In this document: piece by piece, positions 26,580-39,190 of the stretch
Layout of the letters: each line of letters starts with the position of its first letter
Numbering within the stretch: position 1 is the first letter of the stretch
Position numbers and translations under genes: made by a program
Assembly (NCBI GenBank): GCA_009103225.1
Contig: RHPI01002533.1
Coordinates: 771,368 to 835,367, forward strand
Length of the DNA stretch: 64,000 nucleotides
Origin: Chlorokybus atmophyticus
Taxonomy: Eukaryota; Plantae; Mesostigma and Chlorokybus algae
Reading direction: 5' to 3'
Notes under the pieces: model-generated
Databases searched by the model: none
What the model was told of the DNA's origin: nothing
Seen by the model: only the letters and a program-made list of their open reading frames with translations

Positions 26580-29500
26580 CAGATTTGCGAGCTGCATACT
26601 CCTCATCATCATCAGTCTCATGTGCGGAAGCAAGTGAGACAGCCACTCCCTCTCGCCCTGTACTCCATCAACAAACAAGCTACGCAAGGCAAGCTAGCGA
26701 CCAGCTAAATGCCATGTGTAAGCCCTCATCAGCATCACAAGTGGGATTGGGAGGGTTGTTTAGGTCAGGGGTTTTGCGCGTCTTTTCATCAAGGACTGGC
26801 GTAGCCTGCCGCACATTTCATGGCACAGGGGATGTACTTGCCAAGCGGCCCGGGGCTTGCACATCTGCATGCAACGCATGTGTGAAGGAGCGTAACAATG
26901 TACAGCAAATGAACACATACAAGCATAACCAACGCAAACAATGATGAGCAACTTTACAAACACAAACCTTGTAGCGGAGTGTGTTGTGAAATGGCTTCTG
27001 TTACTGTATTATGAATGACTAACTTTGACCGTGGTGTATTGGCAGATGTATGGATGAAGACGAGGATGGTAAAAAGCGTGATGTCGAGTAAAGTACTCCT
27101 CTTGGCTATGAGAGTTCATATTAGGCTCGCCATGGTCAACTGATTGGTGCTGAGCACTGTGAGCTGAGCGGTGTGCAGGAGCAACTGTTGAGGGTGCCAC
27201 AAGAGGACTAGGCTGATATCCGTTCCCACCATGATGTTGCTGAGGAAACACTTGAGGCTGTACCGCAGGTACCAATCACCGACGCAGTTGCCTTTGGACA
27301 TGAAGAGCATGATCCGGAACATTGAAGTCCAAAGCTGCATCACCAGAATAGTGATTGTTCAAAACGTGTGAGACACATATGCACACTGGTGCTTAGAGAT
27401 GAATGGCATAAGCATTTATGAGTGCAGCCACATACAAACGGTAACAAAAGCATACGTGGACGCTCAGCATCAAGACGCCCAGCAGGCACAGGAGGGACAA
27501 GCGCAGGACGAGAAGCAGCAGCAGCAGCAGCGGGTGCTGCGTGTGAAGCTGCTGGTGTGGCATAAGCAGTGTGGTAAGACGTACTCAGGTCGACATTTAG
27601 GGAAAGAACAGGTGTTAGAGCGCTTTAACCGCTGCACTTGAACACTCCAATCAACTTGGAAAAACGCCTCACGATATGCTGACATTGTCCACTTGACCTT
27701 ATGCATGGAAACCTGCAGCCGCACACAAGCCAGCAGACAATGACAGCGAGTACACCTGAATAAGATTATTCTTGACCGCTTCTTCTTATGTTCATGTTTA
27801 ACTTGGTCATTTGCTGAGAGGAAATCCTTTGCCCAGGAAGCCGTATCATTTTCCTATACACAATTACATCAGCACAACATTAACAACAACAAGCACAATA
27901 ACAACCACAACCACAACCACAACAAAAGCAACAATAAACAAAAGTACTTGACGCGTTGGTTGAATGCAGCTGTCAGCTCCTTCTTCTGCTCCTCCTCTTC
28001 ATTTGCAAGCAAGCATGTGACCTTTTGAATAATGTTGAAATATAAGAATTGGATGGCAGCATTCATTGCTGCCTCTTAGATCTGCAACCATATCAATGAT
28101 GAAAGCACACGCAAAGTCAGCATGACAACAACAGTAGCAGCAATGACAACATGAACAGCAAGAGCATTACAGTTAAATGCCAACAACCATTAGATGCCTT
28201 ACCTTGGACTTGCTATGATAAGCACAAAGGATGTCTCTCTCGCACATCTTGGTTTTTGCAAGCGCCTACTCATGGAGGTGCAGATTGCCGGAAATCCTAT
28301 ACAAATTTTTCTTTGCTTTAATAAACATAGCTGCTTAAAACATACATTGTGTCAGCAATGACTGTTGCATCAAAAATAACAGCCACGTGCACGCGCGCAA
28401 GCGCATGAGCACGCGTGCGCCTGCGCACCCGCGCCCACGCCAGCAAACAGTAACAGAATGCACAAGTGAAAACACATGTTGCCAATGACACTTACTGACG
28501 TTCCCTTCGTCGCCAAGGTCTTCATATATTGCACACCTGTCCACGCACCAATAATAGATCCTAACGTATTCGCGTTGTGCCTCTGGAGTTAGTCTTAAGA
28601 TTTTGTTTGGGTTGTCACGGAATGTGTCGTCCAGGGGCTCACAAAGTTGCCGCAAAGCATGCGCTTCAGGCATGGCGCGATCTTCATCTTCTTGATCACT
28701 TGGCTAAATGTCGTCATTGTCTGTGAACTCAGCAGCGCCATCAGCATGACTTGGTTTGGGTATGCGCTCATGAGCAGGCATCTTTGCGACTTCCTCTTTA
28801 GATGTATTGCTTGCAAGCGCACATGGCAAAGTTATAAATTCAACACAACAACCATTAGCACACAACACAACGCTGTTTTAAATAAGCATTTACCGCATAT
28901 GGCAGGTTGCGCCCCGCAACATGAACAAGCATGAATCTAGCTATAAGGCCACACCCATCATTCTTTTCGCCATTCAGGTCGCAGCAAATAGCCGGTTGCT
29001 CAAAATCTAGAAAATAAAAGTGGCTGCCTTTAGAGAATTGGGTTTTTTGAAGCAAGGCCCGTTGTGGAGCCTCGCCGTCATGTCTGGAGATGTAAACCGC
29101 CTTATCCAACACTTGCACCTCATGACACGGGTTAGCAACAATAACCATCAGAAACAGGTGTCCAACTAGCACAGAACCAACTCACCACTCCTGTGCTATT
29201 GCATCTGTACACCCCAACACGTCCCAAACACTGTTAGAACTCGTTAACGTTAAGGAAGATACGCCCATTGTTCTGCCCAGCACATCGGATCAAGCCTTCA
29301 ATGCTTCCCACTGCAAACATCACACTGTTAGCAACAAGTACATGTGCAAAAAGAAGCTAAAACATGCACAGTGACAGAGCAACATATAGGCAATGATGAT
29401 GTCAGTGCTGTGCTTGCAATATGAGATGTTGAAGTTGCTGTTTGGGAGTTCACGCAAATGCGGTATGTGTCACTTGCAACCGCTGTTGACATGCCTTTTA

Positions 29501-30130
29501 GCAACAAGGCAGAAGGGAGCAATGCGACAACACCAACACCAACATTGACAACCATTGACTTACATTCAAAGTAGGGCAGAATAGGTGGAGGCTTGGGTCG
29601 GATGTTGAACATGGTGGTGTAGCCGTCCTCTTCCATTTGCTGCCCACCCTCACGCCCCAAAAAGTCCTCAAGGGTACGCAGGTGTTGATGCGAAACAACT
29701 GTCCACACAACAATGCACACGAGCTTGCAGACATGCAGCATATGGCAGAACAGCAAGGCACTGATCAACTACCTTGTTGGCACCCGATGACGCCACCACC
29801 ACCACGAACAGGTTCATTTAAGAAAGGAAGGAGTTCAACTCGGAAATTGAAGGACCAACGCGAGCGCCACTGCTAAGGTATCCAGCGAGCGGAATCAGCG
29901 CAGCAATAACAGCTTCAGCACATTCAGCTGCTGTAATATATACTTTACGAAATGTGAAAGACGAGGTAGCCAAGCGACGTCCTGTTACACCATCGTCATT
30001 GGTCTTGGGAAGACCAAAGCCGAACAGACGGACTTTAAACGCCCGACAATGCCTGTCATACATCTCCGAGCGGAGCGCAATACTGCTGTAAACATCACTC
30101 TGTGTGTGGACATGTGCAAGACAAAGCGAT
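26580..30130 (-). pseudogene. Decayed multi-exon gene(s), family unknown, possibly transposon-derived
   Basis: Exon-like frames (ALRSEMYDRHCRAFKVRLFG..., LEDFLGREGGQQMEEDGYTTMF..., ...FTDNDDI*PSDQEDEDRAMPEAHALRQL...IYYWCVDRCAIY, CSFPKCRPEYVLPHCLCH) interrupted by in-frame stops, with CAA/CAG microsatellites between. Confidence 0.3.
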
Positions 30131-30691
30131 GAATACAAGCGGTTGAGTAGCAACAAACACAACAACCTAACAAAAGCGCAGCAGAGGCATAAATTCTGAC
30201 CTTTGACAGATTAGCAGGGCATAGCAGAGCAACAATGCCGGTCACCACACCCTTCTTGTTCAGCCAGACAGCTGCCACGCAGCAAGCAATGGGTATAAGC
30301 AGTTGATCAGCAACAAACAACAACCTAACAAAGCAGATGAGCAAATATATACTTAAAACAGGTTGGCAGAGCCGAGAAGCAATGTAAACCATCACACCCT
30401 GCTTCTCTAAGCACACTTCTGCAAGACACAAGAGGGGGCATAAGCAATTGAAGAGCAAACACAACACCAAGAAGCGGAGGAGTTGTGCTTATCTCTAGCA
30501 AGTTGCCTTGCACACATTAGACGGGCACAGCACAGCAGCAATGCCAGTCATTAACATCCCCCCCTTTTTTGGTCAAACAGCTGCAAGGCAACAAGCAATG
30601 GGTAGTAGTTGATCAGCAACAAACAACAACCAAACAAAGTAGATGAGCAAGTACTTGCCTTATACACATTACAAGGGCACAGCATAGAAGT

Positions 30692-30881
30692 TGTAACGGA
30701 GTGCTACCTCCATAGAGGTTCCCCGCCTTTACTTAGGATTAGATAAGGGTCTCAACGGGATAATACAGCCAATTAAGCCATATCAGGGCTATCGACCTAG
30801 TGTGAATGCCTTAATGTAGTATTACGATAGGTAGCACTGATATCGGCATGAGGCTGATGTCTCATGCCGATATCAACCACA
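30692..30881 (+). mobile_element. 5' LTR of degenerate Ty3/Gypsy element A
   Basis: Starts TGTAACGGAGTGCTACCTC and is roughly 80% similar by eye to the PPT-preceded LTR at 59799. Followed by TGGCG (possible PBS). Right end is approximate. Confidence 0.6.
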
Positions 30882-31204
30882 TGGCGGCGCTGCTAACGCT
30901 GCGGTCGCTTCGGCAGCGACCGCCATAGCCAGAGCATCTTTTGCTCGGGCAGCTGCCACGGCAGCGGCGGCGGCGGTAGCGGCGGCATAGCTGGTGGTGG
31001 TGTCGGGGTAGGGGATTAGAGAGAGGAGGGGCACTCCCCCCTTTCATTGGTATCGGAGCACGGGCGGCAAGGGGTTTGTGTGTGGGGGAGGGGCGGCGGC
31101 AGGCGACAGGCATTGCAGGGGTGGCGGCAGGCGGCAGCTGCGGCGACGGCTACTAGTGGTAGTTATTATTGGTTTCCTGTAACTGTAGTAGTTTAACGCT
31201 GCTG

Positions 31205-31280
31205 GTGCCGTGCCGTGCCGTGCCTAGCCTAGCCTAGCCTAGCTTAACATGCCATGCCATGCCATGCCATGCCTAACCTG
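31205..31280. repeat. Compound pentanucleotide microsatellite (GTGCC/CCTAG/CATGC)n
   Basis: Three consecutive runs of 5-mers in the leader of element A. Confidence 0.8.
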
Positions 31281-32517
31281 CCGGCCCTAGTATAGTTTGT
31301 TACTGTGTGAAGGGAGGCGGCCATCCGGGCCCCTCCCTTAAGCATTGCATGCAAGCATAAAACATAGGTATCATATACTGATTATTATATTGTATGTTGT
31401 GTGCTAGCCACCACGTGGATTTTTGGTGGTGTAAGCGCCTTCATCTATTCTTAATGCTTCCCTTGGGGGCAGTTCAGTGGCAACATTGACTGCCTCGTTG
31501 CCGCCAGTGAGCGCGGTGAGGCCGCCAGAATTTTCTGGGCGGCCGACATCAAACTTCAGACTCATATTTGACGATATCGGCCTGTAAGGTCGACTCGACG
31601 AGATTTTGGCACTCCGTGTGTCAATTGTAATTGTGAGTTGAGCTGGGTTGTACAAAGTGAAAACTTCGAGCAGCCATAGCTCGTGAATTGTCGCGTGCAT
31701 TCGCGTACAATTTGTATTAGAGTGCTTGTCTAGTTATGAGGTGTTGGGAGAGCTCTTTTTGGGGCTGTATACTCTACATAAACCCCTTGAAATTTAACGA
31801 GACAAAAGCACAAATATTTGCCACTTTTTGCAGTGCACAATCTATGTATTGTGCACTTGCAAACGGCTTATATCCTTGGGCAGATGGCTGACCAAGGAGA
31901 GGGAGGTGAGAAGTATTTCGCCGTCCAAGACTAATCATCGTCATACGAGCCATCGAGTGATGACAAAGTTGGAAACTCGGATACGTATGAGAGCTACAAG
32001 CTCATGGAGAGTGACAAGAAGAAAGCTGAGCAGGATAGCGAAGCTTCTCCCAACCAATCTACTTAGAGTGGACCGGCTGCAATGGACACACAAATTGTCA
32101 TTGGCGGGGCTATTGAGATGTATACCTCAGAGCGTAAGGCTCTACTTAACACCCACCCTCAGCTTCGTCAGGAAACGTGGGAGGCGTGGGCACAAAAGGT
32201 TCGGGATGGCTATGAAACGGATTTTGCCACACTTCCTCGTGCAAGCAAGGAGATGGTAATTTGTATGCTCGAGCATCAATTGGCGAACAATATTCCGCCA
32301 CTTGTGTGGCGATCCCAAAGTGGCTGCTCTCATGGCTGTATATTATAAACCACTCCCGTACGAAGGGAAGCGAATGGCGTTTGATGCCTTGGCCAACTTG
32401 GTGGTGGAAACCTCGCAGCGTTGCAAGGACGTGTTTTGGTACTTGGGGCCCGACTTCGAGTTAAGTTAAAGGACAAGTTGGCTGGCCGAGTCGAGTTAAA
32501 CAACACGCTTTGACGCT

Positions 32518-33750
32518 ATGCAATCTGCGTTGGTGGCGCTGCGCCAGCAAGTGGCGGGTGCTACTTCAGCAGCTGGTACGTCAGCGGGGCTGCCGGTTAC
32601 AGCATTGAACAAACCTGAGAAGTTTAAGCCCAACGGCAGCATTAGCATCGACGATTGGGTGGTGACTATTAAGCACTATTTCATAAAAACGCCCAGTTGG
32701 TAAGCACATTGCTATTGCTGAGTTGCTTATGCCGTCTGACGCACTCGCCAAATGGGCGAAACAGACAGATGATGGTGCTTTAAGACAGTAGAAGCACTGT
32801 ATCAGCATCTGGTGGAACGCTATAGTGGCATGGACCTGGCTACTCAAACTTGCAACAAGCTCAGCAAGTTGCGACACAATGGTTGGGCAGCTTCAATGTA
32901 TTTGCAGAAGTTTTAGGCATTGGTGGGTCGTGCCAACAGTGGCCTGATGCTTATGAACAAGGCCGAGCAATTTGAGTTGTACAAGCGCGGCTTTGATGCA
33001 CGTGTGCGCAATCAGCTGCAGTACAACACGGCAGCGCGGCTGCCTTGGGTTCCTGCCGACTTGGCCACATTGCAGAAGCTAAGTGCATACATGTATAATG
33101 ACGACATGGCGATGCAGGAAAAATCATATGCAGCAGCTGCGGCCAAGCCGCAGGGTGTGGGAGGCAAGCGTTACCATCAGCCGAGTGTACACTCGGCAAA
33201 GAAGGCCAAGATTTATACGTCCCCCACTGGTGCTACAGGTGCTACAAGTGGTGTCGCGCCTGCTGCGGCTCGCAACTGTTTTATGTGCCGTCAGCCGGGC
33301 CACATTGCGAAGAATTGCCCAAACATGGCGAAGGGCAAGGTCAAGAAAGCTGAATTGGATTACTCCGTAACTGATGTAAAAGTGGCTGATAGCTAGTTGC
33401 TTGAGATGCAGGCAGTAAACTAGTTTAATGATCTGTCCCAAGTGCATGTAATGACACATGCATGGCAAGCACATAACAAGCTGCCACTTTTTGATACCGA
33501 AAAAATGGAAGAAAATGCTTGTGTGCTGGTACATGTGAAGTTCAACATGCTTACCAATGTGTTGCATGCGTTGACTGAGTTGCAAAATAAGCATAAAACC
33601 TTGAGTATGGTGGTGATGGTGCCAAAATATTATGGCTCATGGTTGAAGCATACTTGGGGGGGTATTGTGTTAAAATAATAACTAATTCAGCAAGCGTGAA
33701 AAAGCGACAGTATGTTTTTCAGCATTCCATTCAACCCTCGCATTAGTAAC
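32518..33750 (+). pseudogene. Element A gag (CCHC knuckle) followed in frame by a degenerate methyltransferase-like segment
   Basis: KPEKFKPN..IDDW gag motif, knuckle CFMCRQPGHIAKNC, and several stops and frameshifts. The downstream segment CVLVHVKFNMLTNVL...VVMVPKYYGSW aligns with 50320-50565. Confidence 0.8.
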
Positions 33751-33751
33751 A

Positions 33752-36700
33752 GAGAGACATTGTACACATTTCATGTACCCGTAGACAGCACAGGCACATC
33801 ACGACGCTGGCAGTCAGTAACAGTCAGCGTGTAGTCATGCTATGCAAATACATTTATATAACGACAGTTAGGCATCAGTCACCTTCAGTTGCTTAAAGAG
33901 TGCCTTATTATATTGATAATTACCTAGTTGGTGCTTGTGCATTAGGCTTAGTCGCCTGCGCTGGACTAGTGTGTAACCTGCAGGTGCCTATCACATAGGC
34001 TGAGTCACCTAAGTAAGGCTGATGTGTAATTTGCAAGTGCCTGCTAATTAGGTGTAGTCACCTGTTAAGGCCTGATGTGTAACTTACAGGTGCTCGTTGA
34101 TTAGGTGTAGTCACCTGGTGAGGCCTGATGTGTAACTAACCGGTGCCTGTTAATTAAGTAAAGTCACCTGTTAAGGCCTGATAGGTAAATGAAAGGCGTC
34201 TCTTGATTGGGCATAGTCAACTTTAACGACTATATTGTAACAAAAAGGGCCTGATAGTAACAAAAGTTACTATTAGGTCCCTGTATCGAGATTACAGGTT
34301 GACTGAGCCACGACAGTCAAAATTAGTATCCTCAGGTGCACGGCCGTTGCCAATATTTAATCGGCCGGCAGGGAAAACATATTGCGACGTTCAGCCATAT
34401 ATCCGATATCTCAATCACTCTCATTTAGACTCACACATAATGCCGGATGGTTTCTTTAATCACTTGATTGGCTCGCTCTGTCTAACCATCCGTCTGCGGA
34501 TGATAAGCTGTGATCATATTCTGTTAATATGTAAGAAGCTGCCTAGCGACTTCCAGAACTTAGCTACGAATTGCGGATTGCGATCCAACACAATGTTGTG
34601 AGGCAAGCCATGCATCTTGAACACAGACGCGACCAAAGCCATCGCCAACTCACAGAAGCCTATTTCCGTGCGACAAGGGACAATGTCAATCATTTTGTCA
34701 AACGGTCCATAAAAACGGCAACCGCAGTGTGACCTAATGCTATCTTTAAGAGCTCAGTAATAAGGTCCATATTCACTTTCCTATTTGCCATCAAGAACAG
34801 GCAAAGGTCGCAGCAACCCAGCGGGTTTCTGACGTAACGGCTTGTCACTCTGACATTTGTCACACATGTTAACACAATGCTTTACGTCAACAGGCAACAA
34901 TGGCCACTAGTACAGCTGTTGCGCTGCCTCAGTTGTCTTACGATTCTTCTAAATTGCCCATATGGTAGATCTTGTACATCACCTATGCATTTCATGCGCA
35001 GCTCAGCATGGTTAGATATCATTAAGCCAGCGCCCATATAATACAAATTGTCTTTTGTGTCAAGCTTTTGTACATTCTCTTCCATCGAGAACCATGGGTC
35101 TGAGAGGCATACCCATGTAAAATAGCTTGCACAAACTCATCATTAGGGGGCAATGTACCCTGCGTCGCATTTGCGCACGCATAAATGCCAACAATAACGA
35201 ACAGCGACTCTCGGGATCTGCCATATTGGTCCTACCAGGCCGATATATCCATTCAAAAGTAAGTCGTAACAGAAATGTCATTTCAGCGAGCTTGCCTACG
35301 TGACAAGTTTAACTGTGTTGAGAAGTACATTGATGGGTTGTGATCAGTCACCACTATGAACTGAACTCCCGCTAAGTAACATCGCCATGTTTCAGGAGCA
35401 TGAACTATACCAAGCAATTCTTGCTCAGTGGTAGTGTAGTTCACCTCTGATGGGATGAATCTCCTACTTTTGTAAGCACATGGTCTGCCATTCTGCAGCA
35501 AGACTGCACCACATCCAAGGGTGGAGGCATTGCTCACCACAGTGAAGTGTTCATCCCAAGTTGGCAATGCCAATGCTGGTGCCGAAGTCAAAGCCAACTT
35601 CACTTCAAGTTGTTGCATAGCAGCTTCTTGTGTTGCTGTCAAGAGAATGGGGCATCCTTCCGCAACAACAGTTTGGTTTGAGGCACTACAGTTGTAGAGT
35701 ACCCCATCGTAAACCTGTAAAAATAGTTGGCCAACCCCAAGAACGATCGCAATTGGTGTATATTTTTGGGTTGAGGCCATTCTCTAACCACTTGCATTTT
35801 GCAAGGGTCGGGTTTGACACCCTCACCACTGACAATATGCCCTAAGAATGGCAACTTTGTCTTGCAAAAGTTACACTTCGTCAAGTTGGCAAATAAGCGG
35901 TGAGTTTACAATAAAGCAAACACCGCTTTCAGATGCCTTTTGTGCCCTTCTTTTGTTTTCCTTAAGACAATAATGTCATCCAAGTAAACCATAACATGCT
36001 TAAGCGTGCCACCAAATCTTATTCATTTTCTTCTGAAACACCGCAGGTGCATTTGTCAATCAAAAGGGTAATACTTTGTATTGATAATGACCTTGAGGTG
36101 TTCTAAATGTTTCTATGGACATCAGAAGGGTGAATACGAATTTGGTGATACCCATTTGTTAAGGCTAGCGTACAAAAATACGCATTACCCGACAGCTTAT
36201 CGAACACATCAACAATCCGCGGTAACGGGTATCCATTCTTTACCAAAGAGTAGGCTATTGTGACCTTGTTCAAAGCACAATCATCCACACACATGCGCAA
36301 TTTCCCATTCTTTTTCATCACAAACAAGATGGGTGCGCCAAAGGGTGGAAAACTTGGTTCAGTCAATCCCTTTTCCAACAACTCCTCGATTTGTGTCTCC
36401 ATTTCCTCCCTCTCATTGGGGCTTAACCTATGTATTGGCCGAAACGGAGATTCACTACCAGGAATCAACGGTATTGTGTGTCCAACACCTCAATGAGGGG
36501 TAAAGCCTGGCAACTCATCTAAGAATATGTTTTAATACTTTACAATGATATGTGCAACACCTTCTGTACTATCTGGCTCAAAGTCGTCAGACGACGTTAA
36601 GTGCACAAGAAAAGCCGGTGTGTGTTTACGGAATGCACGTTTCACTTGTAGTGCAGTAAAGGGCGGGGTCGGTTTGTTTATATTCCAAGCTATGTGACCC

Positions 36701-37099
36701 TATTGCAGACAGCGTTACACGCTTACGGCCCTTTTCCATCAGGCACATTTGTGCACCATTATCCAATGTCAATTTAACATTATCTTGCCATTCTTGTCCT
36801 AGTACCACATTAACACCAACTATGTTGATGGATACTATTATGAAGGTGAGGTTGGCATGATAACTACCGATCTTTACCTTTATTTTTATTTCTCCTCTTA
36901 CTGGCAATGCACCCCCAGCACCGGCAGCTAAAATGCTAAGGGTTTACACATTATTTTATTGCGCACAACCCATTGTTCCTCAACGAAGTTGTGTGTCGCA
37001 CCAGCGTCAATCAAGAACGAACCATTTACACCCTGCATTGTGCCACTAAATGTTCACAACAAAGGTACCACTCATCGTCCTTGAAAGGTGGCAAAAAGT
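33752..37099 (-). mobile_element. Inverted segment of element A pol (protease-RT-RNase H-integrase fragment plus tail)
   Basis: Minus strand reads FLIDAGATHNFV (protease), PFGAPILFV.KK.GKLRMCVD and YPLPRI (RT), GCGAVLLQ and NYTTTEQELL (RNase H), MDLITEL and VFMDRLTK (integrase). Orientation is opposite to its own gag; many frameshifts. Confidence 0.88.
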
Positions 37100-38998
37100 C
37101 CATTCTTTTTACAGCAACACAAGAAGCTGCTATGCAACAACTTGAAGTGAAGTTGGCTTTAACTTCGGCACCAGCATTGGCATTGCCAACTTGGGATGAA
37201 CACTTCACTGTGGTGAGCAATGCCTCCACCCTTGGATGTGGTGCAGTCTTGCTGCAGAATGGCAGACCATGTGCTTACAACAGTAGGAAATTCATCCCAT
37301 CAGAGGTGAACTACACTACCACTGAGCAAGAATTGCTTGGTATAGTTCATGCTCCTGAAACATGGCGATGTTACTTAGCGGGAGTTCAGTTCATAGTGGT
37401 GACTGATCACAACCCATCAATGTACTTCTCAACACAGTTAAACTTGTCACGTAGGCAAGCTCGCTGAAATGACATTTCTGTTACGACTTACTTTTGAATG
37501 GATATATCGGCCTGGTAGGACCAATATGGCAGATCCCGAGAGTCGCTGTTCGTTATTGTTGGCATTTATGCGTGCGCAAATGCGACGCAGGGTACATTGC
37601 CCCCTAATGATGAGTTTGTGCAAGCTATTTTACATGGGTATGCCTCTCAGACCCATGGTTCTCGATGGAAGAGAATGTACAAAAGCTTGACACAAAAGAC
37701 AATTTGTATTATATGGGCGCTGGCTTAATGATATCTAACCATGCTGAGCTGCGCATGAAATGCATAGGTGATGTACAAGATCTACCATATGGGCAATTTA
37801 GAAGAATCGTAAGACAACTGAGGCAGCGCAACAGCTGTACTAGTGGCCATTGTTGCCTGTTGACGTAAAGCATTGTGTTAACATGTGTGACAAATGTCAG
37901 AGTGACAAGCCGTTACGTCAGAAACCCGCTGGGTTGCTGCGACCTTTGCCTGTTCTTGATGGCAAATAGGAAAGTGAATATGGACCTTATTACTGAGCTC
38001 TTAAAGATAGCATTAGGTCACACTGCGGTTGCCGTTTTTATGGACCGTTTGACAAAATGATTGACATTGTCCCTTGTCGCACGGAAATAGGCTTCTGTGA
38101 GTTGGCGATGGCTTTGGTCGCGTCTGTGTTCAAGATGCATGGCTTGCCTCACAACATTGTGTTGGATCGCAATCCGCAATTCGTAGCTAAGTTCTGGAAG
38201 TCGCTAGGCAGCTTCTTACATATTAACAGAATATGATCACAGCTTATCATCCGCAGACGGATGGTTAGACCGAGCGAGCCAATCAAGTGATTAAAGAAAC
38301 CATCCGGCATTATGTGTGAGTCTAAATGAGAGTGATTGAGATATCGGATATATGGCTGAACGTCGCAATATGTTTTCCCTGCCGGCCGATTAAATATTGG
38401 CAACGGCCGTGCACCTGAGGATACTAATTTTGACTGTCGTGGCTCAGTCAACCTGTAATCTCGATACAGGGACCTAATAGTAACTTTTGTTACTATCAGG
38501 CCCTTTTTGTTACAATATAGTCGTTAAAGTTGACTATGCCCAATCAAGAGACGCCTTTCATTTACCTATCAGGCCTTAACAGGTGACTTTACTTAATTAA
38601 CAGGCACCGGTTAGTTACACATCAGGCCTCACCAGGTGACTACACCTAATCAACGAGCACCTGTAAGTTACACATCAGGCCTTAACAGGTGACTACACCT
38701 AATTAGCAGGCACTTGCAAATTACACATCAGCCTTACTTAGGTGACTCAGCCTATGTGATAGGCACCTGCAGGTTACACACTAGTCCAGCGCAGGCGACT
38801 AAGCCTAATGCACAAGCACCAACTAGGTAATTATCAATATAATAAGGCACTCTTTAAGCAACTGAAGGTGACTGATGCCTAACTATCGTTATATAAATGT
38901 ATTTGCATAGCATGACTACACGCTGACTGTCACTGACTGCCAGCATCGTGATGTGCCTGTGCTGTCTACGGGTACATGAGATGTGTACAATGTCTCTC
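37100..38998 (+). repeat. Right arm of a ~1.9-kb inverted duplication (partner 33752-35650): RNase H-integrase fragment plus tail
   Basis: The ORF track gives near-identical peptides on opposite strands (34299-34601+ vs 38149-38451-, 35283-35780- vs 36973-37467+), with only a handful of substitutions. Confidence 0.93.
38530..38830. repeat. ~53-bp tandem repeat, ~5-6 copies (mirrored at ~33920-34220)
   Basis: Unit TTACACATCAGGCCTCACCAGGTGACTACACCTAATCAACGAGCACCTGTAAG, with diverged copies. Confidence 0.85.
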
Positions 38999-39190
38999 AG
39001 TCACTTGCCAAGGCTTGTAGTTCGATTATGCGACTCAAATGCCTGCAGTTCTGTAGTATATCATAGGGATGCAAGTATTGACGTGCATGAGCATAATGAT
39101 GATTGACTGAGCTGGTTTAAGATGCACAACACTCAGTCACAAGAGCCTTGCAGCTATGTACACTACCAGCTAAACGGACTACCAACTGCG

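Noticed and set aside
30150-30660. Diverged ~130-bp direct repeats rich in CAA
   Set aside because: Low-complexity and diverged, with no termini or TSD to support an element.
38530-38830. CRISPR-like array
   Set aside because: Units are contiguous diverged 53-mers without unique spacers, there are no cas genes, and the context is eukaryotic.
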